64,000 nucleotides of DNA from Hypanus sabinus (Eukaryota): positions 13,764,001 to 13,828,000 of the forward strand of contig NC_082730.1 of assembly GCF_030144855.1 (NCBI RefSeq), in the 5' to 3' direction. Both the position numbers and the translations under genes were made by a program. Positions 1 to 14,097 of the stretch are shown one piece after another (position 1 is the stretch's first letter; every line of letters begins with the position of its first letter). The notes below the pieces were generated by a model. The model was not told the DNA's origin. It did no database searches and was given only the letters and a program-made list of their open reading frames with translations.

Positions 1-3000
1 CCTTATTTACTTCTTTACCTAAGCTAAATGAATATAAATTGATAATGGGTGGTGATTTTAATTGTAGTTTAAATCCTTTGATGGACAAATCTATATCTAC
101 TCAGACTTTACCCAATAAGTCAGCTACTTGTGTCAACTCTTTCATGACTGATAATGGACTTTTTGATATTTGATATTTTGGCATCCTAAAGATAGGGAGT
201 TTTCTTTTTTCTCACATGTTTATTGTTCTTATTTGAGAATTGATTATTTTTTTATTGACTCTTGCTTGATTCCTTGGGTAACTGGTTGTGATTATGATAT
301 CATAGCTATTTCCGACCATGCTCCATTAAAACTTTTTATTAAATTTATGGATACAGTTCCTAATGCTAGACAATGGCGATTTGACTCTACCTTATTGCAG
401 GATCCAGACTTTATTAAATTTATGAATGAACAGATCGACTTCTTCTTTTCAACCAACTCCACGGAACATATTTCTTATGGAACATTTTGGGACACTTTTA
501 AAGCATGTGGACAGATTATTTTTTACTCTGTTGGTCTGAGAAAACGCATAAAGAAGGAAGCTCTTTTATTAGTTGATAAAATTAAAGAGATTGACAAGAA
601 ATATTTGATTGCTCCTAGTAAGGAGCTTTACAAGCAAAGGGTTGAACTTCAAACAGAATATAGTTTATTACTTACATCTTCAATTGAAAATCAACTGATG
701 AAGTCCAGATCTGATTTTTATATACATAGTGATAAATCGAGTAAACTACTGGCTAGTCAATTGAAGAATGCTTTGGTTAAACGTCAAATTACTAAGATCC
801 GTCAGCAAAATGGGGACTTGACAGTTAACCATGATGAGATAAATAAATCATTTCAAGACTTTTATACTTCCCTATATCATTGGGAATTTCCTCAGGATTG
901 TGGTACCATGTGTGATTTTCTTGGGAAATTGAATTTCCCAAGACTATCACCAGATGATCTTTCAATATTGGAAACTCCTATGACTGATGCAGAAATCAAA
1001 GGGGTTATTTCCTCCATGAATTCAGGGAAAGCACCTGGTCCGGATGGGTATACAGTAGAATTTTAAAAATGTTTTTCCGCTACTCTTTCTCCTTGGTTAT
1101 ATAAGGTTTTTGAAGAAGCAATTAGATTGGGAAATATGCCACAATCTTTTTTTATAGAGTTTCCATCTCTTTAATAGTGAAGAAAGATAAAGACCCTACT
1201 GATTGTGTATCCTATAGATCAATATCCTTATTGAATGTAGATTCCAAGATTTTTTCCAAGTTACTTGCATCCAGGTTGGAGAAGGTATTACCCCAAATTA
1301 TCTCGGAAGATCAAACCAGTTTTATTAAAAATCGTTATTCTTTTTTTAATGTTAGGAGGTTATTGCATATTATGTATACTCCTTCACATAACATTTCAGA
1401 ATGTGTTATTTCATTAGATGCGGAGAAAGCATTTGACAGAGTTGAATGGCCTTATTTATTTAATGTGTTGGAGAAGGTTAATTTTAGTCTGACATTTATT
1501 TCCTGGATTAAACTGATTTATCACACTCCAGTAGCCTCAGTGTTTAATAATAATCAAAGATCTCCCTTTTTTTCGTTTATTTTGGGGCACTAGACAAGGC
1601 TGTCCTCTTAGCCCACTATTATTTAATATTGCCTTAGAACCTTTGGCAATTGCTATCAGAGAATCACAGGAAATTTTTGGTATTAATCATGGGACAGATA
1701 CTCATAAGTTATCTTTGTATGCAGATGATTTATTATTATTTATTTTTAATCCTGAGAAATCTATTCCAGCAGTTTTATCGTTGTTGGCTCAACTTAGTGA
1801 GTTTTCTGGGTATAAATTAAATCTTAATAAGAGTGAATTGTTTCCTTTGAATAGACAGGTCCCAATTTCTGGAAATATACCTTTTAAATTAGTTAATGAC
1901 TCTTTTATTTACTTAGGGATTAAAATCACAAAAAAACCCATAAAGACTTATTTAAGGTTAATATTGTACCCTTAATTGATCAGATTAAATGTTTGTTTAC
2001 TAAGTGGTCACCATTATCTTTATCTCTGATAGGTAGGATTAATGCTATTAAGATGGTTATTTTACCTAAATTTTTATATATTTCTCAAGCGGTACCAATT
2101 TTTATTCCGAAATCTTTTTTTACTAGTGTTGATCCAAAAATGTCCTCATATATATATGGCAGAATAAAAATCCCAGGTTAGGTAAAATATACTTACAGAA
2201 GGCAAAGAAGGAAGGCGGGTTAGCATTGCCTAATTTTAGATTTTATTATTGGGCAGTTAATATTAGATATTTGATATGTTGGTTGAAAGATTGGGATGGA
2301 TCTTTTAGCCCTCATTGGGTGAGCCTGGAAATGAAATCGGTACCAGGTTATGCACTGGGTTCTATTTTAGGGACTTCTCTCCCTTTTCCTCTTTCTAAAT
2401 TGCCGAAACGAATTGACAACCCGATAGTTAAACATACTTTACATATGTGGTTTCAATTTTGGAAATTTTTTTGGTTGACTCAGTTTGTTTTAAATATTCC
2501 TATTGTATCCAATTGTTTTTTCCACCCTTCAGTTATAGACCAAGCTTATTCAGCTTGGAAGACTAGGGGATTACTAAGATTTTCTGATTTATTTTTGGAA
2601 AATTGTTTTATGTCTTTTGAGCAATTTTCTAATAAATATAATTTGCCTAGATTTCATTTTTTTAGATATTTACAGATTAGGCATTTCTTAAATACTGTAC
2701 TGCCTACTTTTCCAAATTTTGTGTCTTCAGGTATTTTGGAGAGTTTGTTTGAATTAAACCCTTTTCAAAAAGGGCTTATATCAAAACTTTATAATATAAT
2801 TATGAAGATATGTTCAGAGCCCCTTTATAAGACAAAAAATGATTGGGAAAGAGCTTAATCTTATTATTCCTATTGAGAATTGGGTAGAATTCTTCAATTA
2901 GTTAATACATCATCTATATGTGCCAAACATTCACAAATACAGTTTAAGGTCGTACATAGGGCCCATATGTCCAAGGATAAATTGGCTCATTTTTATTCCT

Positions 3001-3836
3001 ATTTGTGATAGATGTCAATCTGAAATAGCATCTTTAACTCATATGTTCTGGTCGTGTCCGCTTTTGAAAAAAATATTGGAAAGATATTTTTGACATTATC
3101 TCTGTGGTATTGAACATCGATTTACAACCCCATCCTATTACTGCAATTTTTGGTTCACCAATGATGGACTCTCTTCATTTATCTTCTTCCGCCTGTCGAA
3201 TGATTGCATTTCTTACTCTAATGGCGAGAAGATCTATTTTGCTGAATTGGAAGGAAATTAATCCTCCCACTGTATTTCATTGGTTTTCTCAAACTATATT
3301 AAGTTTAAATTTTGAAAAAATTAGAAGTGGTGTATTTGATACTTCTATTAAATTTGAAAAGATATGGAGACTATTTATTCAATAATTTCATATGATGTAA
3401 TATGACCCTGTTTCAAGCCTATTTGATTTTCCAGTTTTGATTTTATATATGTTGAGAGGATCGGAGTTGACGACACTGATGATTTTGTATTCTTGTGAGA
3501 TATTATAAACAGCCCATTTTTTTCCAGTTTTTCTTTTTCTCTTTTTCCTTTTTTGTTTTTTTCTTTATTGTTATTAGATTATTAGATTAGTTTTTTTGCA
3601 TAATTTTTTTTCTTTCTCTTTTTTCTGTTTTTTTTAATATATTATGATATACCTAGATTTGCCTTGTTTATTTATATATTGTATCATCCATGATTTGGGA
3701 ATACTCATTTATACTGTAATCATTGCTTATGTATTCTTTCATGTGCAGTTGAAATGTGTATGTTTGTAATCCAATTATCTATGTATCAATTGTATTTTGT
3801 TGATATCAATAACAATAATAAAAAGATTGAAAAAGA
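1..3836 (+). mobile_element. L1-clade LINE, degenerate ORF2 plus 3' UTR (5' part outside window)
   Basis: Frameshifted ORF2 pieces: EN C-terminus (SDHAPL), GKAPGPDG, YRSISLLNVD, LDAEKAFDRVEW, LYADD, C-terminal CDRC zinc knuckle. T-rich 3' UTR ends in AATAAAAAGATTGAAAAAGAA. It occupies the point where the paralog continues as CR1 (~41015). Confidence 0.95.
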
Positions 3837-3871
3837 AGTCAGAGATAGGGAAGATAGGCAGAATCTGTTTT

Positions 3872-3893
3872 GTGGGTGCTGGGGAATGGATTC
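3872..3893 (-). pseudogene. 5' stub of putative stalk exon (copy 1), donor deleted
   Basis: Acceptor gctccag|GAATCC is retained and matches 41414-41435. The sequence then jumps to the equivalent of 41051, a ~362-bp deletion that removes the exon 3' end and donor. Confidence 0.5.
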
Positions 3894-4390
3894 CTGGAGC
3901 GCATTCACAGAGACAAAGAGAGTTAGCATGTGGGGGAGGGGGGAGTTACTGATCCATGAAGCAGGGATGAGTGGTGGAAAAGTCTGCTGTGGGAGAACTG
4001 AATGAAGTCTGTTTAGCTCTGGAACTGATTCCCTTTTTATGAATTTCAAGCTATTCACACCATGAGAAACACACATTTGATATCAACCTATTAACATCAG
4101 ACCATTTGCTTTGGTCTGAATTCAAACGTCTGACAGTGTGAAATTTTACACAGTTCAGTGGCAGGAAAATGCACTGAGCCTCCAACTGAAAATCGGTTTC
4201 CCATCAGTGGATCAGACCCCGCATTGAATGAGAGAATCATGAGAGGGGTTTCCCCGTTCCTAGCCCACAACACACAGGACTCTGCCTCACTGTGGAGCCT
4301 CCGGATATCCGTGCAGCCCTCACTCCAACCAGAGAAAATATGAATCAGACATTTCAGTGGAGACATCAAGACAATATACGAGAAACCTAC

Positions 4391-4711
4391 CGCTAGAAAG
4401 GTCTACAACTATCTCAAAGGTTGGATCATTGCCTGATGTTGTAATTCCACATCTGTAAGTTCCAGAATCTTGAGGGACAGGATTCTCCATAGTAACAGTA
4501 AATATTCCCAGGGATGTGTTATCTCTGATTGTCATTCTTCCATGAAGCTCATTTTGCCCATTTGCATTCACTGACAATGTCCATTGGTGATCCGACGTTG
4601 GGTACCAGTACTTTGTGTGTGAACGGTACATTAGTGCATAGTGACAATCGATTGTGACCGCTCTTCCCACAACTCCTCTTACTTTATCTTCTGCCCATAA
4701 AGCACCTGAAA
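4391..4711 (-). CDS. Ig V-domain exon A1, CD300/pIgR-like
   Basis: (VS)GALWAEDKVRGVVGRAVTIDCHY..KYWY..GRMTIRD..FTVTM..DSGTYRCG. AG acceptors give exon starts at 4711 or 4705; donor G|GTAGGT at 4391; phase 1-1; open frame. Confidence 0.9.
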
Positions 4712-5559
4712 CTGAGAGTGAAGTTCTTCAGAAAATGGACAGATAAAATAAAATTTTCACAAGCAGATTCAAGGTTGTTTAATCTTATTTCCTGTACACA
4801 AGTGTAAAGGAGAACAAAATCATTGTTACTCTGGATCTGATGGAGAACAATAAAAACACAATATCAAGAACAGAATAAAATTCAATATGTTTTATTTAAA
4901 GCTGTCACTGTGTTCTAAGGAATCTGCGACACTATCAATTGGTACAATTGAATTCCACATGGACTGAGAAGACAACAGCATCGTCCCTCATCACGTGCTC
5001 ACAGCTCTTCACAAGTAATGATTTTTATTTGATTGGAGTCATCATTGCCACTGCCCACTAATGTCTCGGTGTGTTTCCACATTTCTAAGTCAATAGATTA
5101 CTGATCCAGTCCCATTCCAGACAGGTGAGCCCAAGGTCAGTGGTAGGTGACTTACTGGAGCCGATTGTGTGAGACAGGATCTGCCTTAATTTGAAAAGGC
5201 AAGATCTGGGATAGTCAACATGATTTTGTGCATGGGAAATCTCTCCAAAATTATGACTTGAGTTTTTTGATGATAGAAGCAGTCAGATTGTGAAAGTGAG
5301 GATTTGGTTTTCTGACAACACCAGACTTTATCACCGGTGGTGTGCCATTGGGATCAGTGCTGTTATTTGTAAACCACTGTTATTTGTCATCGATATGAAA
5401 GTTTGTAATTATAATGTAGGTAACATGATTAATAATGTGTGCATGACACTGTAGTGCAGTGGACAGTAGAAAGAGTTGTCCAAGTTTACATGGGGTCCTG
5501 GAAAATGATCTGGTGTTCAGCCCCTTTACTCTGTGCCAGCAACGACCCTGAGTTGGGCC

Positions 5560-5970
5560 TGTTCCATCTGCCTGCATTTGACCCGTCTCCCTCTCTTGTC
5601 GTTACTACCATCAGGTGGGAGGTGCCAGAGTCCTGGGGCCCACGCCACCAGGTTTGTCAGCACTTGGTGATCTGCAGCTATCGGGTTCCTGAATTGGCTT
5701 CACTCATCTCAGTGCTGAACTGACTCCGCAGCTCTGGACTCACTTTGAGGGACTCGGTGTCTCATGTTCCATGTATTAATTGTTTACATATTTTTATTAT
5801 TTGCACCATTCATCCTCATTTGCACATTAGATGTTTGTCAGTCATTATTGTGCGTGGTTTGTCATGGATTCTATTGTGTTACTTTGTTTTGTGGGTATCT
5901 GCGAAAAGATGAAACTCTAGATTGTTTATGGTATACATAGTTTGGTAATAAAATTACTTTGAACTTTGAA
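5560..5970 (+). mobile_element. Rex-Babar-type LINE 3' end / SINE-like tail
   Basis: Same tail (aactgact..actcactt..gggact) recurs at 18430, 36640, 37570, 38270, 43150 and 54560. Confidence 0.5.
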
Positions 5971-5979
5971 CTAGGAAAG

Positions 5980-6715
5980 TGGCCAATGGAACAGGTGATG
6001 GAATTGAACTCAGGGTGTGTGAAGTGATGCATTTTGGGAAATTAAACAAGGACACAACTTACACTGTTGGGAATGAGGCGTGCAGCTACATTGGGCCCTG
6101 AAAGTGACAACACAGGTGGACAAAGTGTTGAACAATGAGTATGGCCCGCTTGCCTTCTTTGGATGGGGCATTAAGTATAGTTGGAATGACATGTTACAAC
6201 TATAAAGGATGTTGACCAGACCTCACCTTGTCTACCCTGTGCAGTTCCAGTGGAAGAGTGTGATTCAATTAGAGAAGGTACAGAAAACATTCACAAAGAT
6301 GCTACTGGGACTGGAGGGTTTGGGTTATCGATAGGCTGGGGCAGTTTTCCCTGAAGTGAACACAGCTGAGCGGTGACCTGATAAATGTTTACAAATTAAG
6401 ACAGGCAAAGGTATGGTTTATAATCACGGTCTTTATCCCAGGTTAGGGAAGTTGGAAACTAAAGAGCCTCGGGTTAAGGTGAGAGGGGAAAGTCTTGGAG
6501 GGGCGGAGTTTTCCACACAGAGCAGTGTGTACGTGGAAAAAGCTGCAAAAGGAAGTGCCAGAGGTGGGTACACATCCAATGTTTCAAATAGATTTGGACA
6601 AGTTCATGGACAGGAAAGCTTTAGAAAGATACCAGCCAATTGTGAGGAAATGGGAGAAGCTCAGGAAGACACTGGGGTCAGCATGGACGATTTGGGCCGA
6701 AGCTCCTGTTTGCTC
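5980..6715 (+). mobile_element. Degraded CR1 LINE 3' fragment
   Basis: CR1 ORF2 C-terminal remnants; paralog at 43520-44240; ends at the L1 target site. Confidence 0.6.
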
Positions 6716-6728
6716 AACCAATATCTCT

Positions 6729-9700
6729 GTCTTTCTTTTCTTTCTAAATCTTTTTATTATTATTGGTAATATGGACAGAATACAAATGATATATTAATAA
6801 AGAAATTACAAACATACAAATTCCATTACAGATGAAAAAAAAACACAAACAATAGTTACAATATAAATGAGTTTACCAGGACATAAACCATACAATATAT
6901 GTATGACCATGGTAAGTCTAAATATTTCATAATATATGATATAAAAAAAAACAGAAAAAAGAAAGAAAAAAAATATAATGCAAAATTAGCTAATCTACTA
7001 ATCTAATAACTAATTAAGAAGAAAAAAGAAGCAAAAAAAGAAAAAAAAGAGAAAAAAAGGGGGCTGTTTATAATATCTCACAAGAATAAATATTCATCAA
7101 TGCCGTCACTTCTGGTCCTCTCAACATACATAAGCTAAAAGCTGGGAAATCAAATGAACCTGGAACAGGGACATATTACATCATATGAAAATGTTGAATA
7201 AATGGTCTCCATAACTTTTCAAATTTAATAGAAGTCTCAAAAACACCACTTCTAATTTTTTCTAAATTTAAACATAACATAGTTTGAGAGAACCAATTAA
7301 ATACAGTGGCAGGATTAATTTCCTTCCATTTCAACAATATAGATCTTCTAGCCATCAGAGTTAGAAATGCAATCATTCGACGGGCAGAAGAAGATAAATG
7401 CAGTGAGTCTAACATTGGTAAACCAAAAATTGCGGTAATAGGTTGAGGTTGTAAATCAGTATTCAAAACCGCAGAAATAATTTCAAAAATATCTTTCCAA
7501 TATTTTTCCAAAAATGAACAAGACCAAAACATATGAGTTAAAGACGCAATTTCAGATTGACATCTATCACAGATAGGATTAATATAAGAGTAAAAATGAG
7601 CTAATTTATCCTTGGACATATGGGCCCTATGTACGACCTTAATGAATGTATTAATGAATGTTTGGCACATATCGATGATGTATTAACTAATTGAAGAATT
7701 CTATCCCAATTCTCACTAGAAATAATGTTAAGCTCTCTTTCCCAATCCACTTTGGTCTTATAAAGGGGCTCTGAACGTATCTTCATAATTATATTATAAA
7801 GTTTTGAAAGAAGCCCTTTTTGAAAACGGTCTAATTCGAATAAACTCTCCAAAATATCTGAAGGCACAAAATTGGGAAACGTGGGGAGTACAGAACTTAA
7901 AAAAGTCTAATCTGTAAATACCTAAAAATATGAAATCTAGGCAAGTTATATGTGTTGGATAATTGCTCAAAAGACATAAAACAATTGTCCAAAAATAAAT
8001 CAGAAAATCTTAGTAATCCCTTAGTTTTCCAAGCCGAATAAGCTTGATCTATAATGGAAGGGTGGAAAAAACAATTAGATACAATAGGAATATTTAAAAT
8101 GAATTGAGTCAACCCAAAAAATCTCCAAAATTGAAACCATGTACGTAAAGTATGTTTAACTATCGGGTTGTCACTTCGTTTTGGCAATTTAGAAAGAGCA
8201 AAAGGGAGAGAAATCTCTAAAATAGAACCCAGAGCATAAGCTGATATAGATTTCAATTCTAACCTCACCCAACGAGGGCCAAAAGATCCACCTCAATCTT
8301 TCAACCAGCATAACAAGTATCTAATATTAACTGCCCAATAATAAAATCTGAAATTAGGTAATGCTAACAAGCCTTCCTTCTTTGTCTTCTGTAAATATAT
8401 TTTACCTAACCTGGGATTTTTATTCTGCCATATATATGAGGAAATTTTTGAATCAACATTAGTAAAAAAAAGATTTCGGAATAAAAATTGGTATTGCTCG
8501 AAAAATATATAAAAACTTAGGTAAAATAACCATCTTAATAGCATTAATCCTACCTATTAGAGATAAAGATAATGGTGACCACTTAGTAAACAAACCTTTA
8601 ATCTAATCAATTAAGGGTAAAAAATTAAATCTAAATAAATCTTTATGTTTTTTTGTGATTTTGATCCCTAAATAAATAAAAGAATCATTAACTAATTTAA
8701 AAGGTAAATTTCCATAAATTGGGACCTGTCTATTCAAAGGAAACAATTCATTTTTTTAAAGATTTAACTTATACCCGGAAAACTCACTAAATTGAGCCAA
8801 TAATGATACAACTGCTGGGATAGATTTCTCAGGGTTAGAAATGAATAGTAATAAATCATCTGCATACAAAGATAACTTATGAATGTCTGTCCCACGATTA
8901 ATACCCAAAATATCCTGTGATTGTCTGAAGGCAATTGCCAAAGGATTTAAGGCAATGTTAAACAGTAATGGACTAAGAGGACATCCTTGTCTAGTGCCCC
9001 GAAATAGGCGAAAAAAGGGAGATCTTTGATTATTGGTAAACACTGAGGCTACTGGAGTATGATAAATCAATTTAATCCAATTAAACTTCTCCAACACATT
9101 AAATAAGTAAGGCCATTCAACTCTATCAAATGCTTTCTCCGCATCTAATGAAATCACATATTCTGAAATGTCATGTGAGGGAGTATAAACAATATTCAAT
9201 AATCTCCTAATGTTAAAAAAATAATAGCGATTTTTAATAAAACCGGTTTGATCTTCTGAAATAACTTTGGGTAATACCTTCTCTAATCTGGATGCCAGTA
9301 AATTGGAAAAAATCTTGGAATCTACATTCAATAAAGATATTGTTCTATAGGATGCACAGTCAGTAGGGTGTTTATCTTTCTTTAATATTAGAGAAATGGA
9401 AGCTCTATAAAAAGATTATGGCAAATTCCCCAATCTAATTGCTTCCTCAAAAACCTTAAATAACCAAGGGGAAAGAGTAGCGGAAAAAATTTTTAAAAAT
9501 TCAACTGCATAACCATCTGGACCCGGTGCTTTCCCAGAATTCATTGAGGAAATAGCCCCTTTAATTTCTACATCCATAATAGGAGTATCCAATATTGAAA
9601 GATCATCAGATGATAATCTTGGAAAATTTAATTTCCCAAGAAAATCACACATGGTATTACGATCCTGAGGAAATTCAGATTGATACAGGGAGGTATAGAA

Positions 9701-12700
9701 GTCTTGAAATGTCTTATTTATCTCATCATAATTAACTGTCAAATTCCCATTCTGCTGACAAATCTTAGTGATTTGACGTTTAACCAAAGCATTCTTCAAT
9801 TGACTAGCTAACGGTTTACCAGATTTATCACTATGTATATAAAAATCAGATCTCGTTTTCATCAATTGATTTTCAATTGAGGATGTAAGTAATAAACTAT
9901 GTTCCCTTTGTTTGTAAAGCTCCTTACTAGGAGCGATCAAATATTTCTTATCAATCTCTTTAATTTTATCAACCAATAAAAGAGTTTCCGTCTTAGTATG
10001 TTTCCTCAAACCGACAGAATAAGAAATAATCTGTCCACGTATATACGCTTTAAAAGTGTCCCAAAGTGTTCCGCAGGAGATATCATCTGTAGAATTAGTT
10101 GAAAAGAAGAAGTCGATCTGCTCCATCATAAATTTTATAAAGTCCAAGTCTTGCAATAAGGTAGAGTCAAATCGCCATTGTCTGGCATTAGAAGCTGTAT
10201 CCATAAATTTCATAGAAAGTAATAATGGAGCATGATCAGAGATAGCTATAATATCATAGTTACAACCGATTACCAATGGAATAAAACAAGAGTCTACAAA
10301 AAAATAATCAATTCTCGAATAAGAGTGATAAACGTGAGAAAAAAGAAAACTCTTTGTCGTTAGGATGCCGAAATCTCCAAACATCAAAAACTCCATTGTC
10401 AGTCAAAAAAAGAGTTAATACAAGTGGCCGACTTATTAGGTAAAGTCTAAATAGATAAAGATTTATCCATCAAAAGATTTAAACAACAATTAAAGTCACC
10501 ACCCATTATTAACTTATATTCATTTAGATTGGGTAAAGAAGTAAATAAGGACTTAAAAAAGTCAGGACAATCCACATTTGGAGCATAAACATTAACCAAA
10601 GCAACCTTTTTATTACAAAGTAAACCCATAATTAGCAAAAATCTACCATTCAGATCTGAAAAAATATCATGTTGAACAAATGGAATAGAGGAATCAATAA
10701 AAATTGAAACTCCTTTTACATTAGCGTTCAAATTTGCGTGATACTGTTGACCCTGCCAAAATCTAAAAAAATGAAATTTGTCCTCCTTCCTCACATGGGT
10801 TTCTTGTACAAAAATGATATGTGTTAAGTCTTTGTAATACTTTGAAAATCTTCTTTTGTTTAATTGGATGATTTAAACCATTAGTATTCCAAGACACAAA
10901 ATTAATGGTCTGAGCCATAATCCTAAAATCAACCCTTTGGTATAGAAAGGGTTAACCAACTTGTAAACTCATGCACCCGGAAGAGGAACAAAAGTAAAGA
11001 GAGGACCCGGAAGTGTTGACAACACAGACATGTTTGAAGTTCAAAAACAGCCCAAATGAAAAAAACTAACACAAATTGATGCAAAAAAAATAGTATTAGA
11101 AAACAGACCATCCCCCCACCCCCCAAGAAAAAGAGAAAAAGTCAACATATGACTTAAAAAAAGGAAAAAATGAGACTAATTTTACCCCTATGTCAGTGGA
11201 AGAACACTCCATATATAAAGGATATATATTAATAAATCAGCCCAACTTTAAAAATTAAAATCGCTATAATAAAAACCATATTTCTAAGTACAGTTAGTTG
11301 TAAAAAATAAGAATATAGTCACTAAAAAAAACTTATAAATCGGGCTCTAGCCCAGACAAAACAAAAAATATTTAAGCTATGATAAGCGCTGCATTGTAGG
11401 AAGAAGACGAAAGAAAGAAAAAAATAACGCCATCTTAAGCAAAACCAAAAATCTTTTTCAAAAAACCACCATCTTAATCAAAAAAAAAATTCACCTCCAA
11501 AGAGTTAAAAATATACCTTCGAAGGAACAAAGTTAATAGACAAGAATGTAGTATAATGGTTAACGTGTATAAGGCAAAACAATTGATATAACGAAAACAC
11601 ACTTTAACTTAAGTATAAAGTATAGGATAAACCTACACCAATAACCAGAGGTTAATTCTGGTTTAAGAAATCGAGAACCATCTTACATGATCAGAATCAT
11701 TCATTTATTCGAGAGTGGTGTCTATAGCAGTAGGGAAGTTCTTCTCCAGATAATTTCTCGCTTCTGAAGTTGAAAGAAAAACATTGGCGTGGAGCATTCG
11801 ACGGAGAAATTCGAAGCTTCGCAGGGTAGAGGAGCGCAGGTTTCAGATTTTTCTCATAACATTCAGCCATTAACGGTTTAAAAAGAAGCCTTTTTTTTAA
11901 AGATCAGGACTAAAGTCTTCAACCAGACGGAAGCAGTAATCTTGGAATTTAACCATTCCTGCCCGACGAGCTGCACGTATAAGTTGTTCTTTGTCGTGTA
12001 CGTAATGGAACCGGACAATCACAACCGAAGGTTTGTCTGTAGCACTCGGTGATCGACACCGACTTCTATGTGCCTGATCCAATAAAGGAGGGTTATTCGG
12101 GAAAATAGTCGGAAACGCTTCTTTTAAAAGTTGAGCAAAATATTTCGAAGGGTCATCTTTTTCTATGCCGTCTGGAAGACCAAGTATACATAGGTTCTGT
12201 CTTCTGGACCGATTCTCAAAATCGTCACTCTTGGCTTTAAGGGTTTCCATCAGCTTAATGGTCAAAATTAAATCCTGTTGCAGTTTTTCAATAGTCAAAT
12301 CTCGCTTCCGAGCATCTTCTTGCAGAGATGCGATAAGAGCTTGTTGCTGGTTAATTACTGAATCCGTCTTAACCATGTACTCTTGAAAAGCCTTTATATC
12401 TTCTTTAAAAAATTGTTGTAGTTGATCAAATTTTTTGTCCAAAACCTCCATAAACAATTCATAAGTTAATTGAGTTTGTTGTGGCGGAGTCTGCTTCTTT
12501 CCATTACCGTTCGGATTACGTCCGGGTTCTCGTCCCTTAGACCTGAGAGACATTTCTGTTTGCATATCTTCAAAAGTTCACAACATACTCTTGGCAGTAA
12601 GATCAAAAAAAAAATTAACAAAGAAACTTTCGGTATAGGTAAAAATAAGCTGAATAAGGGTGATCAAAGGTTAAAAAAAAAGTAAAGGTTATGGAGCGAA

Positions 12701-12744
12701 TCCAAAACAGTACTCACTCCATGAGCGTCTCCCGCTGACTCTGT
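6729..12744 (-). mobile_element. Full-length L1-clade LINE (~6.0 kb) with 13-bp TSD
   Basis: TSD AACCAATATCTCT at 6716-6728 and 12745-12757; single copy in paralog at 44243-44255. ORF1 11705-12565 (NRSRRQNL..GLPDGIE, frameshifted); ORF2 from ATG 10918 to 7176 (EN, RT YADD; frameshifted); GAAA-type tail. Confidence 0.97.
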
Positions 12745-14097
12745 AACCAATATCTCTATGACTCTGTTGCATCCTCTCTAAACTGTAACATACTTTTCAA
12801 AGGTTAATATCAGAATTCTATTTTATTGCATTGGTGTGACAGCTTATTGGATCACAGCCAATCATATTGCGGTTCAATTTCAAAATTCAAAGTACATTTA
12901 ATGTCAAAGTATGAATACTATATACAGCCTTCAGATTTCTGTTTACAAACAGCTGCAAAACAAAAAAAATATAGAATCCATTAAAAAAACTGTCAAATGC
13001 ACAATGTGTCGTAAAAAAAATAAACCATGCAAAAAATAAAAGTGAGTAAGTAGATTTGGAACTGAAATTCACAAATGTGAGTCCACAGCCATACAACCAG
13101 TCATCACGGCAGCCAGTGAAGGAGCCGTTAATTACTGTACAGGCCACCGGCTCAGTTCGGCACAGAGACAGGTTAACCTCGTGGAGCAGCAAGCTGAAGA
13201 CTTGCCCATCCTTCACATAGGACTGACATTCCCACACAGTTTTGCATGAATTTTGAAAGCTTATTATCCTGTTCACATCCATGAAATGCAGCAGACTTGT
13301 TCATATCTGTACATAGACTCAAATTCCCTTCCCATATCTCAAAGTGAGTGAGGTATTTCAATCAGCTGTCTGAAACTCAGTTTCAGTGGCCAATAATTTA
13401 CTTCGACTGTTCACGAAATTCTAAAGCTAGTGAAGACCATAAGACACAGGAGCAGAATTAAACCATTTTTCTCGTAGAATCTGCCCCACTATTCCATCAT
13501 GGCTGAGTTATTATCCCACTCAATCCCATTCTCCTGATTTCTCCCTGTAACCTCTGATGCCTTTACTAAACATGAAACTATCATGCTCCATTTTCAATAC
13601 ACCCAATGATTTGGCCCCCAAAACCGTCTGTGGTAAGTAATTCCGCACATTCAACACCCTCTGGCTAAATAAATTTAGCCTACTCTGCTCTCTATTGATA
13701 AATAAATCAAAGAAAAGGACGTCCTTGCTTTCTGAGGCTGATTTTTCAGACAAGATTTCCCCATATGGAAACCATGTTTTATCAAATACCTCCAAGTACC
13801 CCAAAACCTTCTTCTTAACAATGGACTCGGAGGGTGGAGCAAAGTCAAGATGGTGCTAAATGGCAACTGCCTTGAAAGATGGAAACATAGAAATCCTACA
13901 CCACAATACAGGAACTTTGGCCCACAATGCTATGCTGAACACATACATACTTTAGAAATTACCTAGGGTTACATGCAATGCAATGTGTAGCTTCTACAGA
14001 TGTAAATTCCTTACCCTCACTGGAAGTACAAGAGCAGCAGTAATACAGTAATGAAAATAAATATTTAAATGTTTCCTCCCTTGGAATTAGAACTTAC

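Noticed and set aside
12887-13282. 131-aa Cys-rich minus-strand ORF in a block conserved between copies
   Set aside because: The paralog has an in-frame TGA and there are no consistent splice sites; conservation is explained by the duplication.
14015-14075. Hydrophobic stretch (IFIFITVLLLLLYF) and a second GTAAGG donor just after the C2 exon, as a candidate TM exon
   Set aside because: No usable acceptor conserved in both copies, the intron would be too short, and the frame is bounded by stops.
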